NCBI GenBank assembly: GCA_035536235.1
Contig: DATLOQ010000004.1
Span: forward strand, 26,922-90,921
Origin: Mycobacteriales bacterium
GTDB lineage: Bacteria; Actinomycetota; Actinomycetes; BP-191
Length of the DNA: 64,000 bases
Direction of reading: 5' to 3'
The position numbers and the translations under genes are program-made. Below, in pieces: positions 1 through 10,068 of this stretch (its first letter is position 1; every line of letters starts with the position of its first letter). The notes beneath the pieces were generated by a model. It did no database searches, was not told where the DNA came from, and saw nothing but the letters and a program-made list of their open reading frames with translations.

Positions 1-47
1 CCCTCGACGCCCTCAACCGACGTCTCGGCACCCTGATCGAGGGCTGA
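1..47 (+). CDS. 3' end of an upstream CDS (partial, product unknown)
   Basis: Frame 3 reads ..LDALNRRLGTLIEG followed by TGA at 45-47. Only about 15 codons are visible. Confidence 0.2.
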   Translation, partial: LDALNRRLGTLIEG

Positions 48-87
48 CCCGACGTACGCTTGCCTCGATAGACGAGGAGGCCGAGCG

Positions 88-738
88 TTGGGCGTCATCT
101 GCCTGCAGGGCGGGCGAGAGCACACCGCGGCGTGTGTCGGCCTCGACTCGGATCTCCTCGAGCTGGCCGAGGGGGGACCGGTCGTGGTCCTCGCGCTGGC
201 CAGCGAGAACCTCCGCTCCAACGCGGCCGCCGCCGACCTTGCGAAGCGGCACTTCCTCGACCTGGGCGCCTCAGCGGTCTCCGTCATCACCGACCCGGGA
301 CCCGCGGCGGCGGCGGTAGAGGCGGTGCGTGGCGCTCGCCTCGTGGTGATTCCCGGCGGCTCGCCGCGAGTGCTGATCGACGCGATGCACCGGTCGGGGC
401 TCGCCACGGAGGTCACGCGGGCGGCCGCGGACGGCACGGTGATCTCCGGTGCGAGCGCTGGAGCGATGGTGCTCTGCGAGTGGATGGTGCTGCCTGGGCG
501 CCGTCTCGAGGTCGGGCCTGGACTCGGCCTCGTCGAGGGCTTGGTCGTCTTGCCTCATTACGACGGAGGCCACGCGGACTGGGTGAGCGTCGTACGTGCT
601 CGACTCGGTGATGACGTGGACATGATCGGTCTGCCCGAGTGCAGCGGCGTGCTGCTGGACGGCGAGGCGATCGTCGCGGTCGGCGCGGCTGCCGCCACCC
701 TGCTCACCGTCGACGGACCACGCCTCTTGGCGATCTAG
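88..738 (+). CDS. Peptidase S51 family protein (cyanophycinase / dipeptidase E-like)
   Basis: TTG start 7 nt after GAGGAGG. Motifs VVIPGGSPRVL and the nucleophile-elbow-like ISGASAGAMV are typical of S51 serine peptidases. Confidence 0.65.
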   Translation: MGVICLQGGREHTAACVGLDSDLLELAEGGPVVVLALASENLRSNAAAADLAKRHFLDLGASAVSVITDPGPAAAAVEAVRGARLVVIPGGSPRVLIDAMHRSGLATEVTRAAADGTVISGASAGAMVLCEWMVLPGRRLEVGPGLGLVEGLVVLPHYDGGHADWVSVVRARLGDDVDMIGLPECSGVLLDGEAIVAVGAAAATLLTVDGPRLLAI

Positions 739-757
739 CCGACCGGACCGAGATCGG

Positions 758-1834
758 TCAGGCGGTGATCGTCAGGTCGCGGACGTAGACGGTGGCCTGA
801 CGACCGGTGTACGCCGCCGGGTCCAGCGCGGTCAGCGCCGCTCGGCTGACGGAGATGACGACCTCGTTGCGCCACCCGCGGGCGGCGGCCGGCAGTGCCA
901 GGGTCGCTGTGATGTTCTTGCCACTGGGCACCGTCATCGTGCCGAGCGACACGGTGCCGCCGAACGCGGTGCGGACGGCGACGACCACCTGCAGCGGTCG
1001 ACCGGTCTTCGTGACGGCACCGACAGTGGCCTTGATGGCAGTGGCCCGGGTGAGGTCGAGAGCCTCCCGAAGCCGCATCTCCGCGGCGCCGCCCGTGCCG
1101 GCCCCGACCTGGCGGGCGACGAAGCGGGCCGCACCCTCAGCCGGGCCGGGCGCGTCGTACACGGGCTGGCCCACGGTCATCCCGGCGCCGGTGACGGCGG
1201 CGAACACCCGCGGGTCGCGGCCCGACTCGAAGTCAGCCAGCCGCAGGGGGCTCACGACCGTCCGGGTGTCGAGCAGACCGCCGTACGCCGGCTCCCGGGT
1301 CGGTCCGTACGTCGCGGAGTAGGAGTCGATGAAGTTCTGGGTGTTGTAGCCACGGTGGTCGGGCAGCTCGGCCCAGCCGATGCCGATGTAGCGGTAGCTG
1401 CGGCTGAGGATGTTCTCGCGGTGCCCGGGCGAGCTCATGTACGCGTTGAAGAGGGAGACCGGGTCACTGCTCGTGCCGACGTTCTCGGCGGCGGCGCGCC
1501 ACTGGGGGCTGCCGGCTGCCGTGAGCTGCGCGGCGTAGTTCGGGTTGTGGTACATCCGGCGCTGCGTGGCCTGCGTGGCGGCCCATCGACGAGCGACGTC
1601 CGTCGCCCCAGATGCCACGGCCAGCCGGGGGATGCCCCGCGACGTCCGGGCTACGTTGATGAGCTCGACGAGCTTGGCCTCGACTCCGTTGAGCCGTACG
1701 CCGTCGACCGTGCTGGCGGCGTGCGCGGGGGCCGTGCCGATGAGCCCGAGGGGCAGCAGACCGAGTAGCACCCCCAGCACGGCCAGGGCGGCTCCACGAC
1801 GACTGGCGGGGGCGGTGTTCGTGGTCTCATTCAT
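758..1834 (-). CDS. Secreted CAP/SCP (YkwD-like) domain protein with C-terminal extension
   Basis: N-terminal signal/TM segment (AALAVLGVLLGLLPLGLIGTAPAHA). CAP-domain motif YMSSPGHRENILSRSYRYIGIGW. ATG at 1834 is preferred over GTG at 1852. Confidence 0.7.
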   Translation of the reverse strand: MNETTNTAPASRRGAALAVLGVLLGLLPLGLIGTAPAHAASTVDGVRLNGVEAKLVELINVARTSRGIPRLAVASGATDVARRWAATQATQRRMYHNPNYAAQLTAAGSPQWRAAAENVGTSSDPVSLFNAYMSSPGHRENILSRSYRYIGIGWAELPDHRGYNTQNFIDSYSATYGPTREPAYGGLLDTRTVVSPLRLADFESGRDPRVFAAVTGAGMTVGQPVYDAPGPAEGAARFVARQVGAGTGGAAEMRLREALDLTRATAIKATVGAVTKTGRPLQVVVAVRTAFGGTVSLGTMTVPSGKNITATLALPAAARGWRNEVVISVSRAALTALDPAAYTGRQATVYVRDLTITA

Positions 1835-1921
1835 GGTGATTTGATCGGCCACCGTTGCGGGGCAACTGTCACCCGTTCGGGTGGTGACTCCGTCGAGGAG
1901 CGGTCGGGTTACAGTCCGGAG

Positions 1922-2857
1922 ATGACCCCTCGCGCGCCTTCACTCGCCCCGCCGACAGGCCTGCGCCCCGTGTGGCCGGGCTCGACGGTCGACGCGCAGG
2001 GCCGGTCGCTGTACGTCAGGCGAGGTGGCACGGCGGGGCAGCCGGCAGCGCTCTTTGTGCACGGCCTCGGTGGCAGCTCGACCAACTGGACCGACTTGAT
2101 GGACCACCTCAGCGCCGAGGCAGACAGCCACGCGGTGGACCTGCCCGGTCATGGGCGCAGCGCGGCGCCTGCGGACGGCCGCTACGGCTTGGACAGCCAT
2201 GCCCGTGCCGTCATCGGGTACATCGAGTCCCAACGGCTCGCTCCCGTGCACCTGCTCGGCAACTCCATGGGAGGGGCGGTCGCCACCCGGGTAGCGGCCG
2301 AGCGCCCCGACCTCGTGCGGACGCTGACCCTGGTCGCCCCGGCCCTGCCGAACCTGCGGCGAGTCAAGGGCAGTGACCCCCGGCTCCCGCTGCTCTTCAC
2401 GCCGGGGCTTTCCGGAGTCACCAAGCGCCATCTGGCCCGCCTGCCTGTTGAGGCAAGGGTGCGGTCGGTGATCACCCTCTGCTTCGCCGACCCCAGTCGG
2501 GTCCCCGCTCAGCGGCTGGCCGAAGCCATCGACGAAGGCCGCCGACGCCAGCAGCTGCCCTGGGCGATCGACTCGCTCGTGGGCTCGCTGCGGGGGATCG
2601 TCCGGGCCTACCTCGATCGGTCACCGCGCAACCTCTGGGCCCAGGCCGCCACCGTCGAGGCTCCCACCCTGCTGATCTACGGCAAGCAGGACCGCATGGT
2701 GTCCTTCGCCACTGCTGCCCGCGCCGCCGCGACGTTCCCGCACAACACGCTGCTCGCTCTCGACCACGTCGGACACGTCGCGCAGATGGAGGACCCTGCC
2801 GTGGTGGCCCGAGCGGTCCGCGCCCACTGGGCCGGCGCCTCGGTGGCCGCCAGGTAA
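1922..2857 (+). CDS. Alpha/beta-fold hydrolase
   Basis: HG oxyanion motif FVHGLGGSSTNW, nucleophile elbow GNSMGGAV, C-terminal DHVGHV histidine. ATG 1922 chosen inside the 1841 ORF. Confidence 0.8.
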   Translation: MTPRAPSLAPPTGLRPVWPGSTVDAQGRSLYVRRGGTAGQPAALFVHGLGGSSTNWTDLMDHLSAEADSHAVDLPGHGRSAAPADGRYGLDSHARAVIGYIESQRLAPVHLLGNSMGGAVATRVAAERPDLVRTLTLVAPALPNLRRVKGSDPRLPLLFTPGLSGVTKRHLARLPVEARVRSVITLCFADPSRVPAQRLAEAIDEGRRRQQLPWAIDSLVGSLRGIVRAYLDRSPRNLWAQAATVEAPTLLIYGKQDRMVSFATAARAAATFPHNTLLALDHVGHVAQMEDPAVVARAVRAHWAGASVAAR

Positions 2858-3037
2858 GGACGTGGTGGCCGCACCGTCCGTGCGTGCCTGGCGCTGTGCC
2901 GTCTGCGAGAGAGGATACTGTCCGCCCACGACCCTCAGCGCAGACCGGAGTCACTTGTGGACGAACGCTCTCCTGGCGAATCTTCGCCGGATGCCCCACC
3001 GCCGTACCTCGGAGCTGCTGCGCCGGCTGGCGGTCAG

Positions 3038-4576
<1,539 letters not shown>

Positions 4577-4644
4577 GCTGTAGCTCAGTCCGAGGACAGC
4601 GTTGCCAGCGCCGTGACTCAGCCGCACACGAAGACAGTGCACAA

Positions 4645-4678
4645 GAAGAGGCCCCGAGCCGTAGCCCGGGGCCTCTTC
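4645..4678. terminator. Bidirectional hairpin terminator between convergent genes
   Basis: Perfect 12-bp stem GAAGAGGCCCCG (4645-4656) / CGGGGCCTCTTC (4667-4678) with a 10-nt loop. It lies between the stop at 4576 (+) and the csbD stop at 4710 (-). Confidence 0.6.
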
Positions 4679-4709
4679 TCAGCGGTGCTGACCCGCAGCA
4701 GCCAGCCTG

Positions 4710-4880
4710 CTAGCTGAAAGCGTCCTTGACCTTCTCGCCAGCCTGCTTGAGGTTGCCGGTGACCTGGTCCTTCTTGCCTTCGTTCTCCATCTGCTGGTCG
4801 TCAGTCGCGTCGCCCACCGTCTCCTTGACGTCGCCCTTGAGCTCTTCGGCCTTGTTCGAAATCTTGTCCATGGCGCCCAT
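4710..4880 (-). CDS. csbD: CsbD family general stress protein (56 aa, below ORF-track cutoff)
   Basis: My translation is MGAMDKISNKAEELKGDVKETVGDATDDQQMENEGKKDQVTGNLKQAGEKVKDAFS. This is the classic CsbD repeat pattern, with a GAAGGAG SD upstream. Confidence 0.8.
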   Translation of the reverse strand: MGAMDKISNKAEELKGDVKETVGDATDDQQMENEGKKDQVTGNLKQAGEKVKDAFS

Positions 4881-4922
4881 GTGGGTGGTCTCCTTCGTAT
4901 CGACGGCAGTGCCGCAGATGAC

Positions 4923-4949
4923 CTACCCGTGCGTGTCGGGCCGTACACC
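4923..4949 (-). promoter_or_regulatory. Candidate SigF/SigB-type stress promoter for csbD
   Basis: On the minus strand: GGTGT (4949-4945), 16-nt spacer, GGGTAG (4928-4923). This resembles the actinobacterial GTTT-N15-17-GGGTA class and sits about 40 nt upstream of the csbD ATG. Confidence 0.25.
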
Positions 4950-5085
4950 CACGCCGGCGCCAGGCCGGATCAGTCTCGGTGATGCGGAATCCGCGCACCG
5001 CGGGGCGAGTTACCGCAAGGGCAGCGAGGCTGCTTTCGGGATAGACCGCATCCGCAGCGCGTCAGCGTGCATCTGAGGAGCCGAC

Positions 5086-6258
5086 ATGCCATTGCCCCCG
5101 CTCGTCGAGCCGGCCGAGTCGCTGAGCAATGACGAGGTACGCCGCTACTCGCGGCACCTGATCATCCCCGACGTCGGGATGGACGGGCAGAAGCGGCTCA
5201 AGAACGCCAAGGTGCTGGCCGTCGGCGCAGGCGGCCTGGGCTCACCGGCGCTGATGTACCTGGCTGCGGCCGGGGTCGGCACGCTGGGCATCGTCGACTT
5301 CGACGTCGTGGACGAGACCAACCTGCAGCGCCAGATCATTCACGGGCAGAGCGACATCGACCGGCCCAAGGCGGTCAGCGCGGCGGAGACGATCCGGGAG
5401 ATCAACCCCTACGTCGACGTACGGCTCCATGAGGTGCGCCTGGACTCCTCCAACGCGCTGGAGATCTTCGCCGGTTACGACCTGATCGTCGACGGCACCG
5501 ATAACTTTGCCACCCGCTACCTCGTCAACGACGCGTGCGTCCTGCTCGGCAAGCCGTACGTGTGGGGGTCGATCTTCCGCTTCGACGGCCAGGCCTCGGT
5601 CTTCTGGGCCGAGCACGGTCCGTGCTACCGCTGCCTCTATCCCGAGCCGCCGCCGCCGGGCATGGTTCCCTCCTGCGCCGAAGGCGGTGTGCTGGGAGTG
5701 CTGTGCGGGTCCATCGGCGCGATCCAGGTGACCGAGGCGATCAAGGTGATCACCGGCATCGGCGAGGCGCTCGTCGGCCGCCTGATGATCTACGACGCCT
5801 TGGAGATGTCCTACCGCACCGTGCGCGCCCGCAAGGACCCGGAGTGCCCGCTGTGCGGCAAGAACCCCACGATCACTGGGCTCATCGACTACGACGCGTT
5901 CTGCGGTGTGGTGTCCGACGAGGCCGTCGCGGCCGCCGCTGACTCGACCATCACCGCGCGCGAGCTCAAGGCGATGCAGGACGCCGGCGAGGACATCCTG
6001 CTCGTCGACGTACGCGAGACGGGCGAGTACGACATCGTGCGCATCCCTGGCTCCGTGCTCATCCCCAAGGGCGACCTGCCCTCGCGCCTCGCGACGCTGC
6101 CCACCGACAAGCCGATCGTGCTGCACTGCAAGAGCGGAGCCCGCTCGGCGGACGCGCTGGCGCTGCTGAAGGGCGCCGGCTTCGCGTCGGCGAAGCACGT
6201 GCAAGGCGGGGTGCTCGCCTGGGTCGCCCAGGTTGACCCGTCCCTGCCGACGTACTGA
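5086..6258 (+). CDS. moeZ: Adenylyltransferase/sulfurtransferase MoeZ (ThiF/MoeB domain fused to rhodanese)
   Basis: RYSRHLIIPDVGMDGQKRL, GAGGLGSP Rossmann motif, CYRC...CPLC zinc site, and a C-terminal rhodanese with HCKSGARS active-site loop. GAGGAG SD upstream. Confidence 0.9.
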   Translation: MPLPPLVEPAESLSNDEVRRYSRHLIIPDVGMDGQKRLKNAKVLAVGAGGLGSPALMYLAAAGVGTLGIVDFDVVDETNLQRQIIHGQSDIDRPKAVSAAETIREINPYVDVRLHEVRLDSSNALEIFAGYDLIVDGTDNFATRYLVNDACVLLGKPYVWGSIFRFDGQASVFWAEHGPCYRCLYPEPPPPGMVPSCAEGGVLGVLCGSIGAIQVTEAIKVITGIGEALVGRLMIYDALEMSYRTVRARKDPECPLCGKNPTITGLIDYDAFCGVVSDEAVAAAADSTITARELKAMQDAGEDILLVDVRETGEYDIVRIPGSVLIPKGDLPSRLATLPTDKPIVLHCKSGARSADALALLKGAGFASAKHVQGGVLAWVAQVDPSLPTY

Positions 6259-6352
6259 CCCGCCTCGGTGCTGATCGCACACAAAGTGACATGGTCTCTC
6301 TCGATGCCGTGCTCGGCCGGAACTCCTACCTTGTGCACCTTCCCGACAATGT

Positions 6353-6688
6353 GTGCGGGCAGGGGGTTGCGCCCTGACTAGGGCTGGCCAAGAGCCGACG
6401 CCGTACGACGAACGCGTGCTGGCCGTCGTCGCCGGGATCCCGCGCGGCAAGGTCATGACCTACGGCGACGTCGCGGAGTACATGGGGGAGGGCGGCGCCC
6501 GCGCCGTCGGCGGCGTTATGCGCCGCCACGGCGGGTCGGTGCCGTGGCACCGCGTGGTGCTCGCCGACGGCCGGCCGGCTCCCCCGCACGACGGCTTGGC
6601 GGCCGCGTTATTGGTCGACGACGACACCCCGATGACGCCCGACGGTCGCCGGGTGGAGCTGCGCCGAGCCCGCTGGGACGGCCGCTGA
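6353..6688 (+). CDS. atl: Alkyltransferase-like protein (MGMT DNA-binding domain without the catalytic Cys)
   Basis: IPRGKVMTYGDVAEY helix-turn-helix region, and PWHRV in place of the PCHR active site of O6-alkylguanine transferases. Confidence 0.75.
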   Translation: MRAGGCALTRAGQEPTPYDERVLAVVAGIPRGKVMTYGDVAEYMGEGGARAVGGVMRRHGGSVPWHRVVLADGRPAPPHDGLAAALLVDDDTPMTPDGRRVELRRARWDGR

Positions 6689-6798
6689 GCGCGTGCGGTC
6701 GGCGAGGTGACCGTGATCTTTGAAGACGGCCGGCGCGTGGAGCGGTAGCTAGAGGTTCGAAGATCACTGCAGACACGGCCGGTCGGGTCAGCAGCCCG

Positions 6799-9700
6799 GT
6801 GTCCGAGGCAGGTGGTTTGCTTCGCGGCATGGCACGCCAGGTCCGCTACCTCCTCGACACCACGCCGCCGCCGGCGATCCAGGTGCCCACCCTCGACGAA
6901 GAGCAACGCGCGGTCGTCGAGCATCGTGGCGGCCCGCTGCTCGTCCTGGCCGGCCCGGGCACCGGCAAGACGACGACCCTCGTCGAGGCCGTGGTCGACC
7001 GCGTGGAGCGCGACGGCGTCGACCCGGACCGGCTGCTGGTGCTCACCTTCTCCCGCAAGGCCGCCGACGAGCTCCGCGAGCGCATCAGCGGACGGCTCGC
7101 GCGGACCGTCGCGACGCCGTCGGCGTACACCTTCCACTCGTGGTGCTACGCGATCGTCCGGGCGTACGACGTCGCGCCGGGGGCTGATCCACCACGGCTG
7201 CTCTCCGGGGCGGAGCGCGATGTGCGGGTGCACGAGCTGCTCGTGGGCAACGCCGAGGGAGCCGGTCAGACGAGGTGGCCGGAGGAGCTGGCGCCGGCCC
7301 TGCGGCTGCGGGGTTTCGCCCGCGAGGTCGCCGACCTGCTCGACCGAGCCCGCGAGCGCGGCCTCGATGGCGCGTCGCTCAGGCAGCTCGGAGACGAGGC
7401 AGCTCGACCGGGATGGGTGAGCGCCGGGAGCTTCCTCGACGAGTACCTCCAGGTGCTCGACTCGGCCGGTGAGCTCGACTACGCCGGCCTCGTCCACCGC
7501 GCCGTCGCCCTGCTGCACGACCCGTCGGTCGGCGCCGAGGTCGCCGGCCGCTACGCCGCGGTCTTCGTCGACGAGTACCAGGACACCGATCCGGCGCAGA
7601 AGTCGCTGCTGCAGCGCCTTGCCGGGTCGGGCCGCGAGCTCGTCGTCGTCGGTGATCCGGATCAGTCGATCTATGCCTTCCGGGGAGCCGACGTCCGCAA
7701 CATCCTCGACTTCCCAGCGGAGTTTCCGGGTGCCGACGGGCAGCCGGCCCGCACTATCGCTCTCCGGCGCTCGCGCCGGGCGGGCACCGCACTGCTCGCT
7801 GCCAGCCGAGCTATCGCGGAGCGGATCCCGGTGACCGGAGCCCTCGCCGGCCAGATCCTGACCGAGCACCGCCGGCTTCTCGCCGTCGTCCCGGACGGGC
7901 CCCCGCCGGAGGTCCGGCTCTATCCCACGGTCGCCGAAGAGGTCACCGGCATCGCGGACCTGCTGCGGCGCGCGCACCTCGAGGACGGGCTGCCGTGGAG
8001 CGAGATGGCAGTGCTGGTGCGCAGCGGAGTGCGCAGCATCCCCGTCCTGCGTCGCGCGTTCGCGACGGCCGGGGTGCCGGTGGCCGTGGCGGCCGACGAG
8101 GTCGCGCTGGCTCGCGACCCGACCGTCGCCCCGCTGCTGGCGGCACTCGACGTCTCCGTCCGGGGGTGGTCGGCACTGGCCGACCCCGACGACGCCATCG
8201 CCCTGCTGCAGAGCCCGTTGGGGCGGGCCGTGCCCAGCGCACTGCGGGCGCTCGGCCGCCGCCTCCGTGCTCTCGACCGCGCTGCCGGGATCGAGCTGCC
8301 GCGGCCATCCGCGGATGCGATCCGCGATGCGCTGGCCGACCCGCGTGATCTCGTCACCGTCGAGGACTGGATCGCCGAGCCGGTACGCCGGCTGCACAGC
8401 CTGCTCGCGAGTGCGATCGAGCGAGCCGCTGCGGGCGCGAGCCCTGAAGAAGTGCTCTGGCTGCTCTGGGAGCGCAGCGGGTGGGGCCGCCGACTCGCCG
8501 CCGAGTCCGCGCGGGGGGGCGACTCGGCCCACGCTGCCGACCGCGACCTCAACGCGGCGCTGGCGCTCTTCGGTGCTGCCTCTCGCCTCGAAGATCGCCG
8601 CCCCCACGCCGGGGTAGGGGCTCTGCTGGATGAGATCTCGGCACAGCAGATCCCGGCCGGACCGCTCGAGGAGCGGCCGGGAGTGGCCGACGCCGTACGA
8701 CTGCTGACGGCTCATCGGTCCAAGGGGCTCGAATGGTCGCTCGTCGTCGTCGCGGGGGTGCAGGACGGCTGGTGGCCGGACCTGCGCCGTCGCGGTTCGC
8801 TGCTCGAGCCGGACCGTGTGGGCGTGCTGCGGACCGGCGCCGGCCACAGCGACGGCGCACGGCTCAGCGGCGTCACGACGACGAAGGAGCTGCTCGCGGA
8901 CGAGCGGCGGCTCTTCTACGTCGCCTGCACGCGCGCGAAGCATCGCCTCGTGGCGACTGCGGTGGCGTCCTTGGACGACAGCGGCGAGCGACCGTCGCGT
9001 TTCCTCGACGAGCTGGGGCTGCGGGACATCACGGACGAGAGCTCGACGCCGGTGGTGCAGCACGGCGGCACGGAGCTGCTCGCGGTGCACTCGCTCGTCG
9101 CTCGCCTGCGGCGTTGCCTGCAGGACCCCACTGCTGACGCCGGTCTTCGGCAATCGGCGGCAGTCACGCTGGCCCGTCTGGCCGACGCGCAGGACGTCGG
9201 GGAGCCCCTGGTGCCGAGCGCGGACCCGGGCCAGTGGTGGGGGCTGGTCGACGTGACCCCGGGTGTCGGCCCGGTGCGCGACCCGGGCCAGCCGGTGCGA
9301 CTCTCGGGGTCGGGGGTCGCGAGCTTCGAGCGCTGCCCGCTCCAGTGGTTCCTCGAGCGCGAGGTGCACGCCCGGGGTGCGTCATCGGCAGCCCAGGGCT
9401 TCGGCACGGTGGTGCACGCGCTAGCCCAAGCGGTCGGTGACGGCACGCTCGCGGCGGATCCGGACGTCCTCGTCACCGCCTTGGACGCGGTGTGGGACCG
9501 GCTGGGCTTCGAGGCGCCGTGGCAGGCGGAGCGCGATCGCCGCGAGGCGCGCGCCGTGATGGCGCGATTCCTGCGGTGGCACGAGGGAAACGCCCGCGAG
9601 CTGATCGGCACCGAGGTGGAGTTCCGGGTGGTCGTCGGCGATGCCGTGCTCGGCGGGTCGGCCGACCGCGTGGAGCGCGACGGCGACGGTCACCTGCACG

Positions 9701-10068
9701 TCGTCGACCTCAAGACGGGCAAGTCCACCCCCGCGCAGAAGGAGATGGGGGCTGAGCCGCAGCTCGGGATCTACCAGCTTGCCGCCCGCGAGGGTGGCCT
9801 CAGCGCCGACCCGCCGCCCGTCGAGCTCGGGGGGGCGGAGCTCGTCCAGCTCCGCCACGAGGTGAAGGCCAGCGGTCTGCCGAAGGTGCAGGGCCAGGCG
9901 CCGCTCGATGCCGCTGACCCGTGGGCCGACGCGCTGGTAGCCCGTGTCGTCGCCGCATTGCGCGCGGAGGAGTTCGCCGCGCGGCCCGGGGCCCAGTGCG
10001 GCAACTGCGCCCTGAGGGCGAGCTGCCCGGCGCATGACGAAGGTCGACAGGTGCTGCCATGGGCATGA
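6799..10068 (+). CDS. adnA: UvrD-like helicase / RecB-family nuclease, AdnA-like subunit
   Basis: Walker A GPGTGKTTT, DEYQD, C-terminal PD-(D/E)XK motif VVDLKTGK, and four Cys (ERCP ... CGNCALRASCP). Followed by an overlapping paralogous partner. ATG at 6829 is an alternative start. Confidence 0.75.
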   Translation: MSEAGGLLRGMARQVRYLLDTTPPPAIQVPTLDEEQRAVVEHRGGPLLVLAGPGTGKTTTLVEAVVDRVERDGVDPDRLLVLTFSRKAADELRERISGRLARTVATPSAYTFHSWCYAIVRAYDVAPGADPPRLLSGAERDVRVHELLVGNAEGAGQTRWPEELAPALRLRGFAREVADLLDRARERGLDGASLRQLGDEAARPGWVSAGSFLDEYLQVLDSAGELDYAGLVHRAVALLHDPSVGAEVAGRYAAVFVDEYQDTDPAQKSLLQRLAGSGRELVVVGDPDQSIYAFRGADVRNILDFPAEFPGADGQPARTIALRRSRRAGTALLAASRAIAERIPVTGALAGQILTEHRRLLAVVPDGPPPEVRLYPTVAEEVTGIADLLRRAHLEDGLPWSEMAVLVRSGVRSIPVLRRAFATAGVPVAVAADEVALARDPTVAPLLAALDVSVRGWSALADPDDAIALLQSPLGRAVPSALRALGRRLRALDRAAGIELPRPSADAIRDALADPRDLVTVEDWIAEPVRRLHSLLASAIERAAAGASPEEVLWLLWERSGWGRRLAAESARGGDSAHAADRDLNAALALFGAASRLEDRRPHAGVGALLDEISAQQIPAGPLEERPGVADAVRLLTAHRSKGLEWSLVVVAGVQDGWWPDLRRRGSLLEPDRVGVLRTGAGHSDGARLSGVTTTKELLADERRLFYVACTRAKHRLVATAVASLDDSGERPSRFLDELGLRDITDESSTPVVQHGGTELLAVHSLVARLRRCLQDPTADAGLRQSAAVTLARLADAQDVGEPLVPSADPGQWWGLVDVTPGVGPVRDPGQPVRLSGSGVASFERCPLQWFLEREVHARGASSAAQGFGTVVHALAQAVGDGTLAADPDVLVTALDAVWDRLGFEAPWQAERDRREARAVMARFLRWHEGNARELIGTEVEFRVVVGDAVLGGSADRVERDGDGHLHVVDLKTGKSTPAQKEMGAEPQLGIYQLAAREGGLSADPPPVELGGAELVQLRHEVKASGLPKVQGQAPLDAADPWADALVARVVAALRAEEFAARPGAQCGNCALRASCPAHDEGRQVLPWA

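Noticed and set aside
6460-9369. 969-aa ORF on the minus strand
   Set aside because: It is antisense to the adnA-like gene, which has clear helicase and nuclease motifs. The composition is Arg/Pro/Gly/Ala-dominated with no recognisable motif. This is a typical shadow ORF of high-GC DNA.
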